Shown here in pieces: positions 1-11,800 of a DNA stretch of 64,000 nucleotides. Below the pieces are notes generated by a model. It saw nothing but the letters and a program-made list of their open reading frames with translations. It made no database searches and had not been told where the DNA came from. The stretch is from Tubulanus polymorphus (Eukaryota; Animalia; Nemertea). Location of the stretch: positions 31,104,299-31,168,298 of the forward strand of contig NC_134025.1 of assembly GCF_964204645.1 (NCBI RefSeq), read 5' to 3'. The position numbers were made by a program, and so were the translations under genes. Within the stretch, counting starts at the first letter, position 1, and every line of letters starts with the position of its first letter.

Positions 1-1066
1 CTCACTACCCAGGGTCTGTGTTACTATACCTCACTACCCAGGGTCTGTGTTACTATACCTCACTACCCAGGGTCTGTGTTACTATACCTCACTACCCAGG
101 GCCTGTGTTACTATACCTCACTACCCAGGGTCTGTGTTACTATATCTCACTACCCAGGGTCTGTGTTACTATACCTCACTACCCAGGGTCTGTGTTACTA
201 TACCTCACTACCCAGGGTCTGTGTTACCATACCTCACTACCCAGGGTCTGTGTTACTATACCTCACTACCCAGGGTATGTGTTACCATACCTCACTACCC
301 AGGGTCTGTGTTACTATACCTCACTACCCAGGGTCTGTGTTACTATACCTCACTACCCAGGGTCTGTGTTACTATACCTCACTACCCAGGGTCTGTGTTA
401 CTATACCTCACTACCCAGGGTCTGTGTTACTATACCTCACTACCCAGGGTCTGTGTTACTATACCTCACTACCCAGGGTCTGTGTTACTATATCTCACTA
501 CCCAGGGTCTGTGTTACTATACCTCACTACCCAGGGTCTGTGTTACTATACCTCACTACCCAGGGTCTGTGTTACCATACCTCACTACCCAGGGTCTGTG
601 TTACTATACCTCACTACCCAGGGTCTGTGTTACTATACCTCACTACCCAGGGTCTGTGTTACTATACCTCACTACCCAGGGTCTGTGTTACCATACCTCA
701 CTACCCAGGGTCTGTGTTACTATACCTCACTACCCAGGGTCTGTGTTACTATACCTCACTACCCAGGGTCTGTGTTACTATACCTCACTACCCAGGGTCT
801 GTGTTACTATACCTCACTACCCAGGGTCTGTGTTACTATACCTCACTACCCAGGGTCTGTGTTACTATACCTCACTACCCAGGGTCTGTGTTACTATACC
901 TCACTACCCAGGGTCTGTGTTACTATACCTCACTACCCAGGGTCTGTGTTACCATACCTCACTACCCAGGGTCTGTGTTACTATACCTCACTACCCAGGG
1001 TATGTGTTACTATACCTCACTACCCAGGGTCTGTGTTACTATACCTCACTACCCAGGGTCTGTGTT
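1..1066. repeat. 29-bp minisatellite (ctcactacccagggtctgtgttactatac), ~36 copies, intronic in REV3L; runs off the window start
   Basis: Near-perfect tandem units seen directly; explains the three overlapping repetitive + strand ORFs at 18-1191. Confidence 0.97.
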
Positions 1067-1102
1067 GGTATATCTCTAATCCATTGATTCTTCTGTTATT
1101 AG

Positions 1103-1779
1103 GTTCTCAGAAATGCCGCGTGTTTCTCGTATCGTTCCTATGTCACATTTCTCTGATGCTAACAAAAAGGTATTTTCTTTCATTTCTATAATACTAATTT
1201 TTTATGATATGTCAATAGAAGTAACATGTCATTTTGCTATCGTTGGTTAAGCTTGGAAAAGTAGATTTATTTCAGTAAATGCAGGAAAAATCTTATCGAA
1301 ATAGATATAAAATACAAAGATTGAAGTAGTAGAATCAGTCACTGGTCTCTCATCAATTTCCTAGGTTCATGGCTTTTAAGATACCTTTCTCTGTTGGTTT
1401 GAGGTATGAATAAGAAATACAAGTTTTCTGAAATGTTTGCATTCATTTTTTGGACGTATTTATTTTTCAGGGAACGATCTCTCAATATTTCAACACTTTG
1501 AATTGTCCGATCTGCGAAAAACTGACCAATCAGGGAATATGTGACGGTTGTCGTGGTAATCAACAGACGACAGCTATAATTCTGAACGATAAAATCCGTG
1601 CGGCGGAATCTCAATATTACGATCTACGAGAAATCTGTTATAATTGTATCGGATCTCGTGACCCGAGGTTGGGTTGTGTTTCTATCGACTGTCCGATACT
1701 CTACAGAATGGTTAAATCGACTCGTCAGCTAAGCCAAGTCGACCAGTTTATCAAACTACAACAACAATTACAATTCTAG
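1103..1779 (+). CDS. REV3L: DNA polymerase zeta catalytic subunit, last two coding exons (1103-1169, 1471-1779)
   Basis: Spliced translation (W)FSEMPRVSRIVPMSHFSDANKK|GTISQYFNTLNCPIC..GICDGC..ICYNC..CVSIDCPILY..QF* matches the recalled REV3L C-terminus (GTISQYF, CysA and CysB metal-binding motifs); canonical GT-AG sites in frame. Confidence 0.93.
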
Positions 1780-3135
1780 AACTCGGTGCATTGTGTCGCC
1801 CTGCTATTCCCAGTTGCGATACGGTCGACAAAAACTAAACAATACAAAACAACTTTTACGTGCCTTTTCTAGTAGAGAAAAGTATCTGCATGGCGCTTCT
1901 GTACATAGGAAAAAATATTGCTCATTCACTAAGCATTTCTGTACGAGGAAGAATAAATTACCAAGATGTTTGCAAACGCATAATGATATTGATAATAATA
2001 TTAATTTGTACTTATATTGTCTGAATCTTGTTTCAAAGTGTTATATTCTATTCGCAAAGCAAATCATTCTCAAAATCATGGTCATTATTATGCATTTATT
2101 ATTATATCCAGGTTGTGAAATTGAAACTATTTTGATATTTGTGTAGGATAATATTGTAAATAGCGATCTACAATTGTACAGAATCCGACTCTTTTTCGAT
2201 GCATTTGTCGATTGTTTTCAGTAGTTTTCATACAAGTCGTCTCTATTTTTACAGTTTGACTTGGTGTAAGTCATCATTCGGATAAGTCGTCACATTACTG
2301 AAGTCATCTCTATTGTTGAATCCTGATTTGTATTTCAATTTACTCTCATCATTTGGATAAGTCTTTGCATTACTGAAATCATTACCACCATTTTTCAGTC
2401 CAAATCTAAGTATAAAACCTCATTTTGATAAAGTCCTCGACACAATGATCCTCCTAATTATGATGACTTGAGCAAGTTTTTGATTTTGTGAAAATGATTA
2501 TTTGTGGTTGATAAATCTTGTTCTGAAGTGAGATTTTAAGATCATGAATATCACCGAATGCAATTGAACGATGATCGGGATATTTTTCTATTTGTTCACA
2601 AAAAGTTGATATTTTCTGTAGATATTTGAGAAATGTGTAAATATGTATTTTACTAATGTATAAAAATGTAGATAAAGTATAGAATATTTTTTGTATAGAA
2701 TTTGTTGGGAGAAAATTGATATAAAAATGTGTTGGGGATTTTGGATAAGATTCTATCTATATTTAAATGATTTAATTTGTGTTGTTGTTTTTTATGTGAT
2801 AGTATATTATGAATGTTTGATACTAAAAAAAAATCCGTGATCACTTTGACTTTTGTTAAAAACACATCAAAATGAACAGATAAAACATGGTAAATAAAGG
2901 GATTTGCAAAAAGCGGAAAAATGGTGCAATTTTTATAGATATTTAATGTTTAATTATACGCATTCCAACATAAAGATTCGATCCATCCATAATTGAATAT
3001 GCAACGGTCCAAGATGTAATAATTTGATTGAATATCAATCCTATTTTAGGGTTGTTTAATGACTGAGGATATTTTTTGAGATTATTATTTCATATTTCAA
3101 AAAGAATTGATAGAAATTCGTGATTTAAAAGAAAT

Positions 3136-3561
3136 GCAACGTCATTTGGAAATATTTGTATTTGTTTGGTTTTATTATTTCTTATACAAGGAGCTCCCTG
3201 TTCAAATCTACCACACTTAGGCAGTGCTGTCTATGAGCGTCAGGCCAAAACTGAAAACGTCCATCTTTTACCAATTATGGTCTTAACCTGTTGATGACCT
3301 GCAGAAATTGACAATGACGCAGTCCTCAGTCGATGAGCTTGCAAATGCACGTGAATTTTCGAAGGGACTACAGACTCTATTTCCGTAGCATGGGCGGCAG
3401 AACCTGGGCATTTGGGGCATTATTCGCTCTGCAGTGCGAGTCCAGACCCGCGCCGCCGACTGCGTCAAGATTTTGACCGTCAGGTGCTGCCGCTACATAT
3501 TACATTGACGGTATTTATGTGAACTAACTTGAGAACCCAATATTCTTACTGTGGCATGTGA
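3136..3561. repeat. Copy 1 of a ~430-bp locally duplicated segment (copy 2 at 4646-5095)
   Basis: Long near-identical stretches (aacgtcatttggaaatatttgtat...ttcttactgtggcatgtga) in direct orientation. Confidence 0.9.
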
Positions 3562-3567
3562 CTATTC

Positions 3568-3690
3568 ATCAGGCCAACACTAGGGTAACTACGTTTATTA
3601 ACAGGCCAACACTAGGGATATATATGCGTTTATTCCCCAGGCCAACACTAGGGTTACAGCGTTTATTCAGCAGGCCAACACTAGGGTTAG
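3568..3690. repeat. Short tandem repeat, 4 copies of caggccaacactaggg plus spacer
   Basis: Seen directly. Confidence 0.85.
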
Positions 3691-3977
3691 CTTCAACACT
3701 ACGACGAATAAACGGCATTACCGAAAACATGATTTAATCATCCAATGAAAAATGTTGCAAGTCAAAAATCTATAGTCATGATTATAACAATATATTCTAA
3801 CAACAATATTACTATCTCCTAATGTCATATATATTCAAAGTCATTGACTAGCAAATTACGATTAGGAAAATCACGGATAAATTCGCCTTTAGAGACAGGT
3901 TGATGATCCGAGTGCTTAATTAATTGAACAGGCAACCAGTCTATCGAATTCTACGCTACCGAGGGAATTGTCTGTCA

Positions 3978-4400
3978 AGGGCCGTCGGAACGGGGCGGCA
4001 GGGGCGGCCACAGCCCTCCCACTTTCAGGGGCGTAGCCACCTAAAATTCAATGGTGCGACAATCCGGAGGCGCACATCCAAACGAGCGCCAAAGGCGCGA
4101 TGTCTAGAGGGGGGGTTTGGAGGCCCTCCCACAAGAAAATTTTGAACATTAAAACATCTGAGATGCGTTCTGATGGCTATGGGAGCTCATATTTGAATAA
4201 TTTTTCTGTAGATAATATAATGCCTCTAAGGTTATCTTTGGTCTAGGGACGGATCCAGATGTTTCACCATCCCATAGCGGTTTCTGAGTCCTGCTGAACT
4301 GGAAGGGCAACCCACAAAACGGGGGACCTGGGGACACTCCCCCAGAAAATTTTGATTTTTCAAGGCTCTGAGATGCAATCTTTAAGTATATTTGGGGCAT
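3978..4400. mobile_element. GC-rich non-autonomous DNA transposon (MITE) fragments, nested
   Basis: cagggg/aagggc-type starts (aagggccgtcggaac, caggggcgtagcc) and repeated G-run..cccc.gaaaatttt..ctgagatgc modules typical of invertebrate non-autonomous elements; family not assignable. Confidence 0.5.
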
Positions 4401-4645
4401 AAAGTCTATCCCCCCTTGAAGTTAATCATTTTCGTTTAGATACATTTAGACCATTTTCTATACTACTTCCAGAATACTTTCCCGGAATAAAACATTCATG
4501 TTAGTACAAGAGCCTGTCAAAATCACTAGAAAAATAGAACCTGAGAAAACAAAAATTAGTCTCATTGCTTTCACGCCCAAGGGTACCCGAGTGATGCTTT
4601 ACAGTTTTCCGGCTGCCAATTGTCCATAGAATGCCGAAAAAATTA

Positions 4646-5095
4646 ACGTCATTTGGAAATATTTGTATTAGATTAGTTTTACTATTTCTTATACAAGGAG
4701 CTCCCTGTTCAAATCTATCACACTTAGGCAGTGATGTCTATGAGCGTCAGGCAAAAACTGAAAACGTCCATCTACCACGCGGCCCGGCGGCCGGGTCAGG
4801 GTTGCTGCAGAATTGACAATCCTCAGTTGAGCTTGCAAATGCAGCAGAGTGCTCTTTTGAATTTTCAAAGGGACTACAGACTGTGTTGCCATAACATGGG
4901 CAGCAGAACCGGGTTGTTTGGGGCATTATTAGCCGGATCAATATTTGAAATTTAGCTCTGCAGTGCGAGGAGAGTCCAGACCCGCGCCGCCGACTGCGTC
5001 AAAATTTTGACCGTCAGGTGCTGCCGCTACATATTACATTGACGGTTTTTATGTGAACTAACTTGACAACCCAATATTCTTACTGTGGCATGTGA
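4646..5095. repeat. Copy 2 of the duplicated segment; contains a 59-codon Cys-rich minus-strand ORF (4747-4926)
   Basis: Direct repeat of 3136-3561. Confidence 0.9.
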
Positions 5096-5154
5096 GTAGT
5101 AAGTTAGTTCACACATTCGCCGTTAACGATATCTTTAGGGGCAGCACTTGACGG
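5011..5154. mobile_element. Palindromic MITE, piggyBac-like (TTAA-flanked)
   Basis: Arms ccgtcaggtgctgccgcta..tgtgaactaactt / aagttagttcaca..taggggcagcacttgacgg, flanked by ttga and ttaa; related copies at 3477-3560, 18629-18761, ~57000-57062 and ~57209-57272. Confidence 0.7.
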
Positions 5155-5299
5155 TTAAACCGGGCGTCTGATTTTGTACGCGCGGGTGTTCCTAATTCAC
5201 AACTGATAACTTTTGATGCAGTTTAGAGAATCTGCTGCGTTTGAACCCGGTAATTACTGGCACTGATAGCGAGGTGCTGATACTGAATAGAGGATGGAA

Positions 5300-6300
5300 T
5301 ACAATTCCCTGTAAAGTTTGTAACAATATATTGGTGAAACCGGGCACGATTTACAAGCGCATCCGTGAATAGGAATGATGTTAAGAATGTTTAGCCTGAA
5401 AGTGGTGTTGCCAATCACGTATACGAAACCAGCCACAATTTTGATTTTGAAAATGCCTCCATAATTTTCCCCTGTCCGCAAAAAATTAAACGACACATTA
5501 TGGAATCGGCTCTGATTATCGAAAACTCGGGAAATTGTTCTAATTTGAATAACGGTTTCTCTCCCCCCCCCCACAACATTTTGATCTCCAAATTTCTCGC
5601 TTCTCTTGTACCCCCGTTATAGTAATTCCCTCCATTGGTTGCCTTGAACATCGCTTGCTTATTTCTACTTACTCACTGATCGCCGTGCGTGTTCCTTCTC
5701 TAGTTTATTTTCATCTGATTACCCCTTAAATTGTACTCGCGGTCTAATCACTTTAGTTTGTGTCTTTTGTTTATATATTACTTTAATCTACATTGCCCCT
5801 AGTTTGCCTTGCTTACTTTTCCATAGTTTTCCAGCCGTTATGTCATTACGTTAATCTATTCCCCTTTCAATATTATAATCACTCACTCTGTTTCTATCGT
5901 TTTGGTCTTGTATAAATATCTTGTAATATTCTCCTGTTCTCAGTTCTCAGTCCAAGCGAAACCAAAATCCGTATATAGTAACTGCTCTTTCCGTCTACCT
6001 TTGCTCGAATCTTTCTATCAGTAACCATACATACATACATACTATCACATCACCCACATCCTCCTTAGCTCCATCTGATAATAGATTATTCCATGTACCC
6101 ACCATCACATTAGGCAAATAATCATGCACCTACGCGTCCGGAATGTAGGAGAGTGACGAACACTTTCGACAATAAAACGCGCTCCGCGCGTTTGTCTTAT
6201 TTATGCTGCTGCTGCTGTTTCTCAGTTCGCCTGATGTCTTTAGCCGAAACGTTGCGCAACTATATATACTCATCTATTCAAATTTCTCGTTTTGGCTGAA
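5300..6300 (+). mobile_element. Decayed Penelope-like element: GIY-YIG endonuclease fragment, 3' region and degenerate hammerhead
   Basis: With frameshifts and stops the + strand reads IPCKVCN..YIGETG..KRIRE..SGVANHVYETSHNFDFENASII..KRHIMESALI..NLNNG, the PLE GIY-YIG pattern; cgc-CTGATG..gcc-GAAAC-GTT-gcg at 6228-6256 is a deleted PLE-type hammerhead. Confidence 0.85.
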
Positions 6301-6609
6301 TCTATTGTGGGATTTCTGTCGTTAATACCGGTACACTGTTTCCATGAACGAAGTAACATGTAGCATTTGAGAAGTTGGTAGTAAATTTTCGAAACTGCAG
6401 ATGCGGTAACGAAGTGGATATTTGACCACTCTATTTTACCGGTTTACGGCAAAGTGTTCACCATGAATTTGTTTTCGTGCATATTGCAGGACGAGGAATG
6501 TCGAGTGCCTTAGCCGTTGTGACGGAGGCAGATATGTTTCTTAAATATTCCCGGGTTTACAAACCACCTTTTAAGTTTCCTCTTTGTAATGACAAGTTTA
6601 ATTGACTCA

Positions 6610-6790
6610 TGTTCGAACCTATCAATGTGTACTGCCAATACCGGGGGTCCTGGGTTCGAACCTATCGACGTGTACTGCCGATACCGGGGTCCTGGGTTCG
6701 AACCTATCAATGTGTACTGCTGATACCGGGGGTCCTGGGTTCGAAACTATCGACGTGTACTGCTGATACCGGGGATCCTGGGTTCGAAAT
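6610..6790. repeat. ~43-bp tandem repeat (4-5 copies), each with a GGTTCGAA(CC) B-box-like core
   Basis: Repeated ggggtcctgggttcgaacctatcgacgtgtactgccgatacc. Confidence 0.85.
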
Positions 6791-7008
6791 AATTGACTCA
6801 AAATGATTCACAGAAATTTTTTTATTTTATTACAAGTTGAACACATCATTCATTTTAACTACAATCATTTCATCTAAACAGAAAAACAATAAAAATTCAT
6901 CATTTCATCGTCTTTGTTAAATTCAATATTCGGAACTATTTGAATTTGATCTACTCATTATTACACACACTATTGTACGATTAATCCTAGATTGACTATG
7001 ATTACTGG

Positions 7009-8593
<1,585 letters not shown>

Positions 8594-8843
8594 ATTGCAT
8601 TCACAGGCAGTGAATGAATAATCGTAAAAACTCTGACTAATTAATTCAATCGCCGACTTCAGTTTTCATCAGATTTAGATTTTCTATGTTTATGAAATTC
8701 TGCATTTTTTTCTCATTCAAAAATTTTTTTTTTGTAAAACTGAGTCGAGTCGAGTTGACGCATGCGTAGTACGCAACACGCTGTTTGTGTCAAATTTGTG
8801 ACAAAAAATTGAAATTTATCGAAATTTCGAGCAAATTTCGAGC
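8594..8843. promoter_or_regulatory. Compact bidirectional promoter region shared by MIX23 and importin-alpha
   Basis: Only 250 bp between the divergent ATGs; palindrome ACGCATGCGT (NRF1/Ewg-like) near 8758-8768. Confidence 0.65.
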
Positions 8844-11800
8844 ATGGTAAGAAATATTTTTACCATTAATCACTTCATTATACCCATAACGGTAATAAAG
8901 ATATCTGAATTTATGCATACGGTGAATATTCAGGCTTTAAACGGGGGTAAAATACGACAGGGTTTCAAGTGACATTTTCCCCGTTCCCCAAAAAACCACC
9001 TGTCTGTGTCTCACTGTCTCATGAGTCTGAACCCAGTCTCACTAATACTGAAATAGATTGGTTTCAATTCCCAAATCAAGTGAGGATAAACTGAATTAAG
9101 TTTGTATTTCTGGAGGGGAGGGGGGGGGCTACTCTGCACTGCAGCATAACCCCTTCTTCGAGAAAGAGGTCCTCTCATTCCGGCGACTCAGGCTTCATGG
9201 TTTTATTATTAGAATGGATGTTGTTTAATTCCAGATGGGTGACACCGGTAGTCCAGTGTCGAATCGACTAAAAGCTTACAAGAATAAAGCTTTAGACGTA
9301 CAGGAGATGAGACGCAGGAGAGAAGAGGAAGGAATTCAACTCCGCAAACAGAAACGAGAGGAACAACTTTTTAAACGTAGGAATGTATTAGTCGGATCAG
9401 ACGACATGGAAGATCTACCTTCAACTCAATCTACCGTTAATATAGGGGTATGTTAAACTATTCTATTCCAGAGTAGATACTGGTAGATTCTATTCCAGAG
9501 TAGAGACTGGTAGATTCTTTTCCAGAGTAGAGACTGGTAGATTCTATTCTAAGGTAGAGACTGGTAGATTCCTTTCCAGAGTAGATACTGGTAGATTCTA
9601 TTCCAGAGTAGATGCTGGTAGATTCTATTACAGAGTAGTAACTGGTAGATTCTATTCCAGAGTAGAGACTGGTAGATTCCTTTCCAGAGTAGATACTGGT
9701 AGATTCTATTCCAGAGTAGAGACTGGTAGATTCTATTCCAGAGTAGAGACTGGTAGATTCCTTTCCAGAGAAGAGACTGGTAGATTCCTTTCCAGAGAAG
9801 AGACTGGTAGATTCTATTCCAGAGTAGATGCTGGTGGATTCTATTCCAGAGTAGTAACTGGTAGATTCTATTGTAGAGTAGAGACTGGTAGATTCTATTA
9901 CAGAGTAGTAACTGGTAGATTCTAATATAATATATCTATTTTAGGATGAATTAGGTTCATCCAGTTTTCAGGGTGGTATCGCGCCTGAGATGGTTCAGGC
10001 ATTATACAGCAACGATTCAGAACAGCAGTTACAAGCTACTCAAAAATTCAGAAAATTACTTTCAAGAGGTAACAAAAAGAATACAACTATATTTTATAAC
10101 CTGAAGCCTAACGAGTATTATAATATTATTATTATGATATATATATATATTTATTGTAGAACCGAATCCACCGATCAATGAAGTGATCCATACTGGTATT
10201 ATACCCTGTTTCGTTAACTTTCTACAATCAAATGATTGCATTTTGCAGGTAAGATATCGAGCTCACCCTTCACTCCCCTCTTCCCTTCACTCCCCTCTCC
10301 CCTCACTCTTCTCCCTCCTCCCCCGAGGCTAATCCTTGAATTCTATGAAAAAATTCACGAAGGCGGTTTTGATTGAGCATTTGTAATTAGGAATATCAAT
10401 AATTCTGAGCCCAGTTCCATAGTCATGGCTTAGACTTAAGACCAATTTAAGACCATCTTAGTTCTATTGCCAATCTAACAACTTAAGACCGATCTTAAGA
10501 TTTAAGAACATTTTTGGACTTAAGTTTCATCTTAGGAACCAGCCCCTGGATTGCAAACTCTCCAGCGGCCGAAGGTTTACAGATTATTGGTATGTTAGTC
10601 TGGTAGAGCGTATTCTGGCCAGAACAGACACGACCCCAGAAGAGAAATCCCGAATCGACCAATCAAAACCTGCCTAAACCTGATATATATATGACTGATT
10701 GATGTTTTATAGTTTGAAGCTGCGTGGGCGCTAACTAACATCGCGTCTGGTACATCACTACAAACGCGTATAGTTATTGATTCTGGCGCCGTGCCAATAT
10801 TCGTACAGTTATTAAGTTCGGAATTCGCAGACGTTCAGGAGCAGGCGGTTTGGGCGCTAGGTAACATCGCGGGCGACGGACCGGGATGTCGCGATTACGT
10901 TCTTAATGAAGAGATTTTAGTACCGTTGTTACAGTGAGTAAAGTAAAGAGTCCCTTCTCACCGTACCCCATTCTCTCATCTAATTTATTTTTTGCAAAAT
11001 AATTTATTTTTAGAATACTGTCCAAAGAACCTCGAATATCAATGACAAGAAATGCAGTTTGGTGTTTATCCAATTTATGCAGAGGCAAAAATCCTGCGCC
11101 TGATTTTCAAAAGGTAAGTTTGAAACGGATCGTACGTAGAGAGGGGGGTTTGTCGTCGTGTTCGGACGAACATGGTGTAACTATGCCGATAGTAACTATG
11201 CCGATAGTAACAGGCTTCAAGTATTGTTGAAACTGATTGTTTATTTTAAAGGTGTCGCCAGCTCTACCAGTTTTAGCAAGATTATTATTTCATCAAGATA
11301 AAGACGTATTAGCTGATTCGTGTTGGGCTTTATCATATTTATCGGACGGAACTAATGATAAAATACAGGCTGTTATTGATTCGGGAGTTTGTAGACGTCT
11401 GGTAGAATTACTTATGCATAGTCAACAGAGCGTAATATCTGCAGCATTGAGAGCTGTAGGGAATATAGTTACCGGTGATGATATACAAACACAGGTATAC
11501 CTTTAACTGGGACCATTTGCATAGACTTTATAGAGGCGCAGTGGCCGAGTGGTTTAAGCCACCGGTCACTGGTCTCGTCAATCCAGGGTTTATGGGTTCA
11601 TACCCTGGTGGCGACAGAGTTTGTTGGTCGAAGGTTCTTCTCTGGTCTCTCCCCCATTGGGAAAAAGAAACATCAAACCCGCTTATAATGCCCTGTGTGG
11701 CGCTTAGTAGGTTGAGGGTGTTAGAAAAAAAACCAAAAAAATAGACTTAAGACCAGACTAAGACCATCTTTGTTCTATAGCCAATCAAACAACTTAAGAT

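Noticed and set aside
18-1191. Three overlapping 346-371-aa ORFs
   Set aside because: Artefact of a 29-bp unit with no + strand stop in any frame; lies in a REV3L intron
2458-2528. C/D-box snoRNA-like ATGATGA...CTGA
   Set aside because: No terminal stem, not intronic, and such short motifs are expected by chance in AT-rich DNA; the same applies to 14170-14206, which is too short
5254-5651. Minus-strand ORFs of 106 and 78 aa
   Set aside because: Antisense shadow of the + strand Penelope GIY-YIG relic
11533-11605. Functional tRNA gene
   Set aside because: No convincing cloverleaf, mutated B box, continues into a SINE body and A-rich tail
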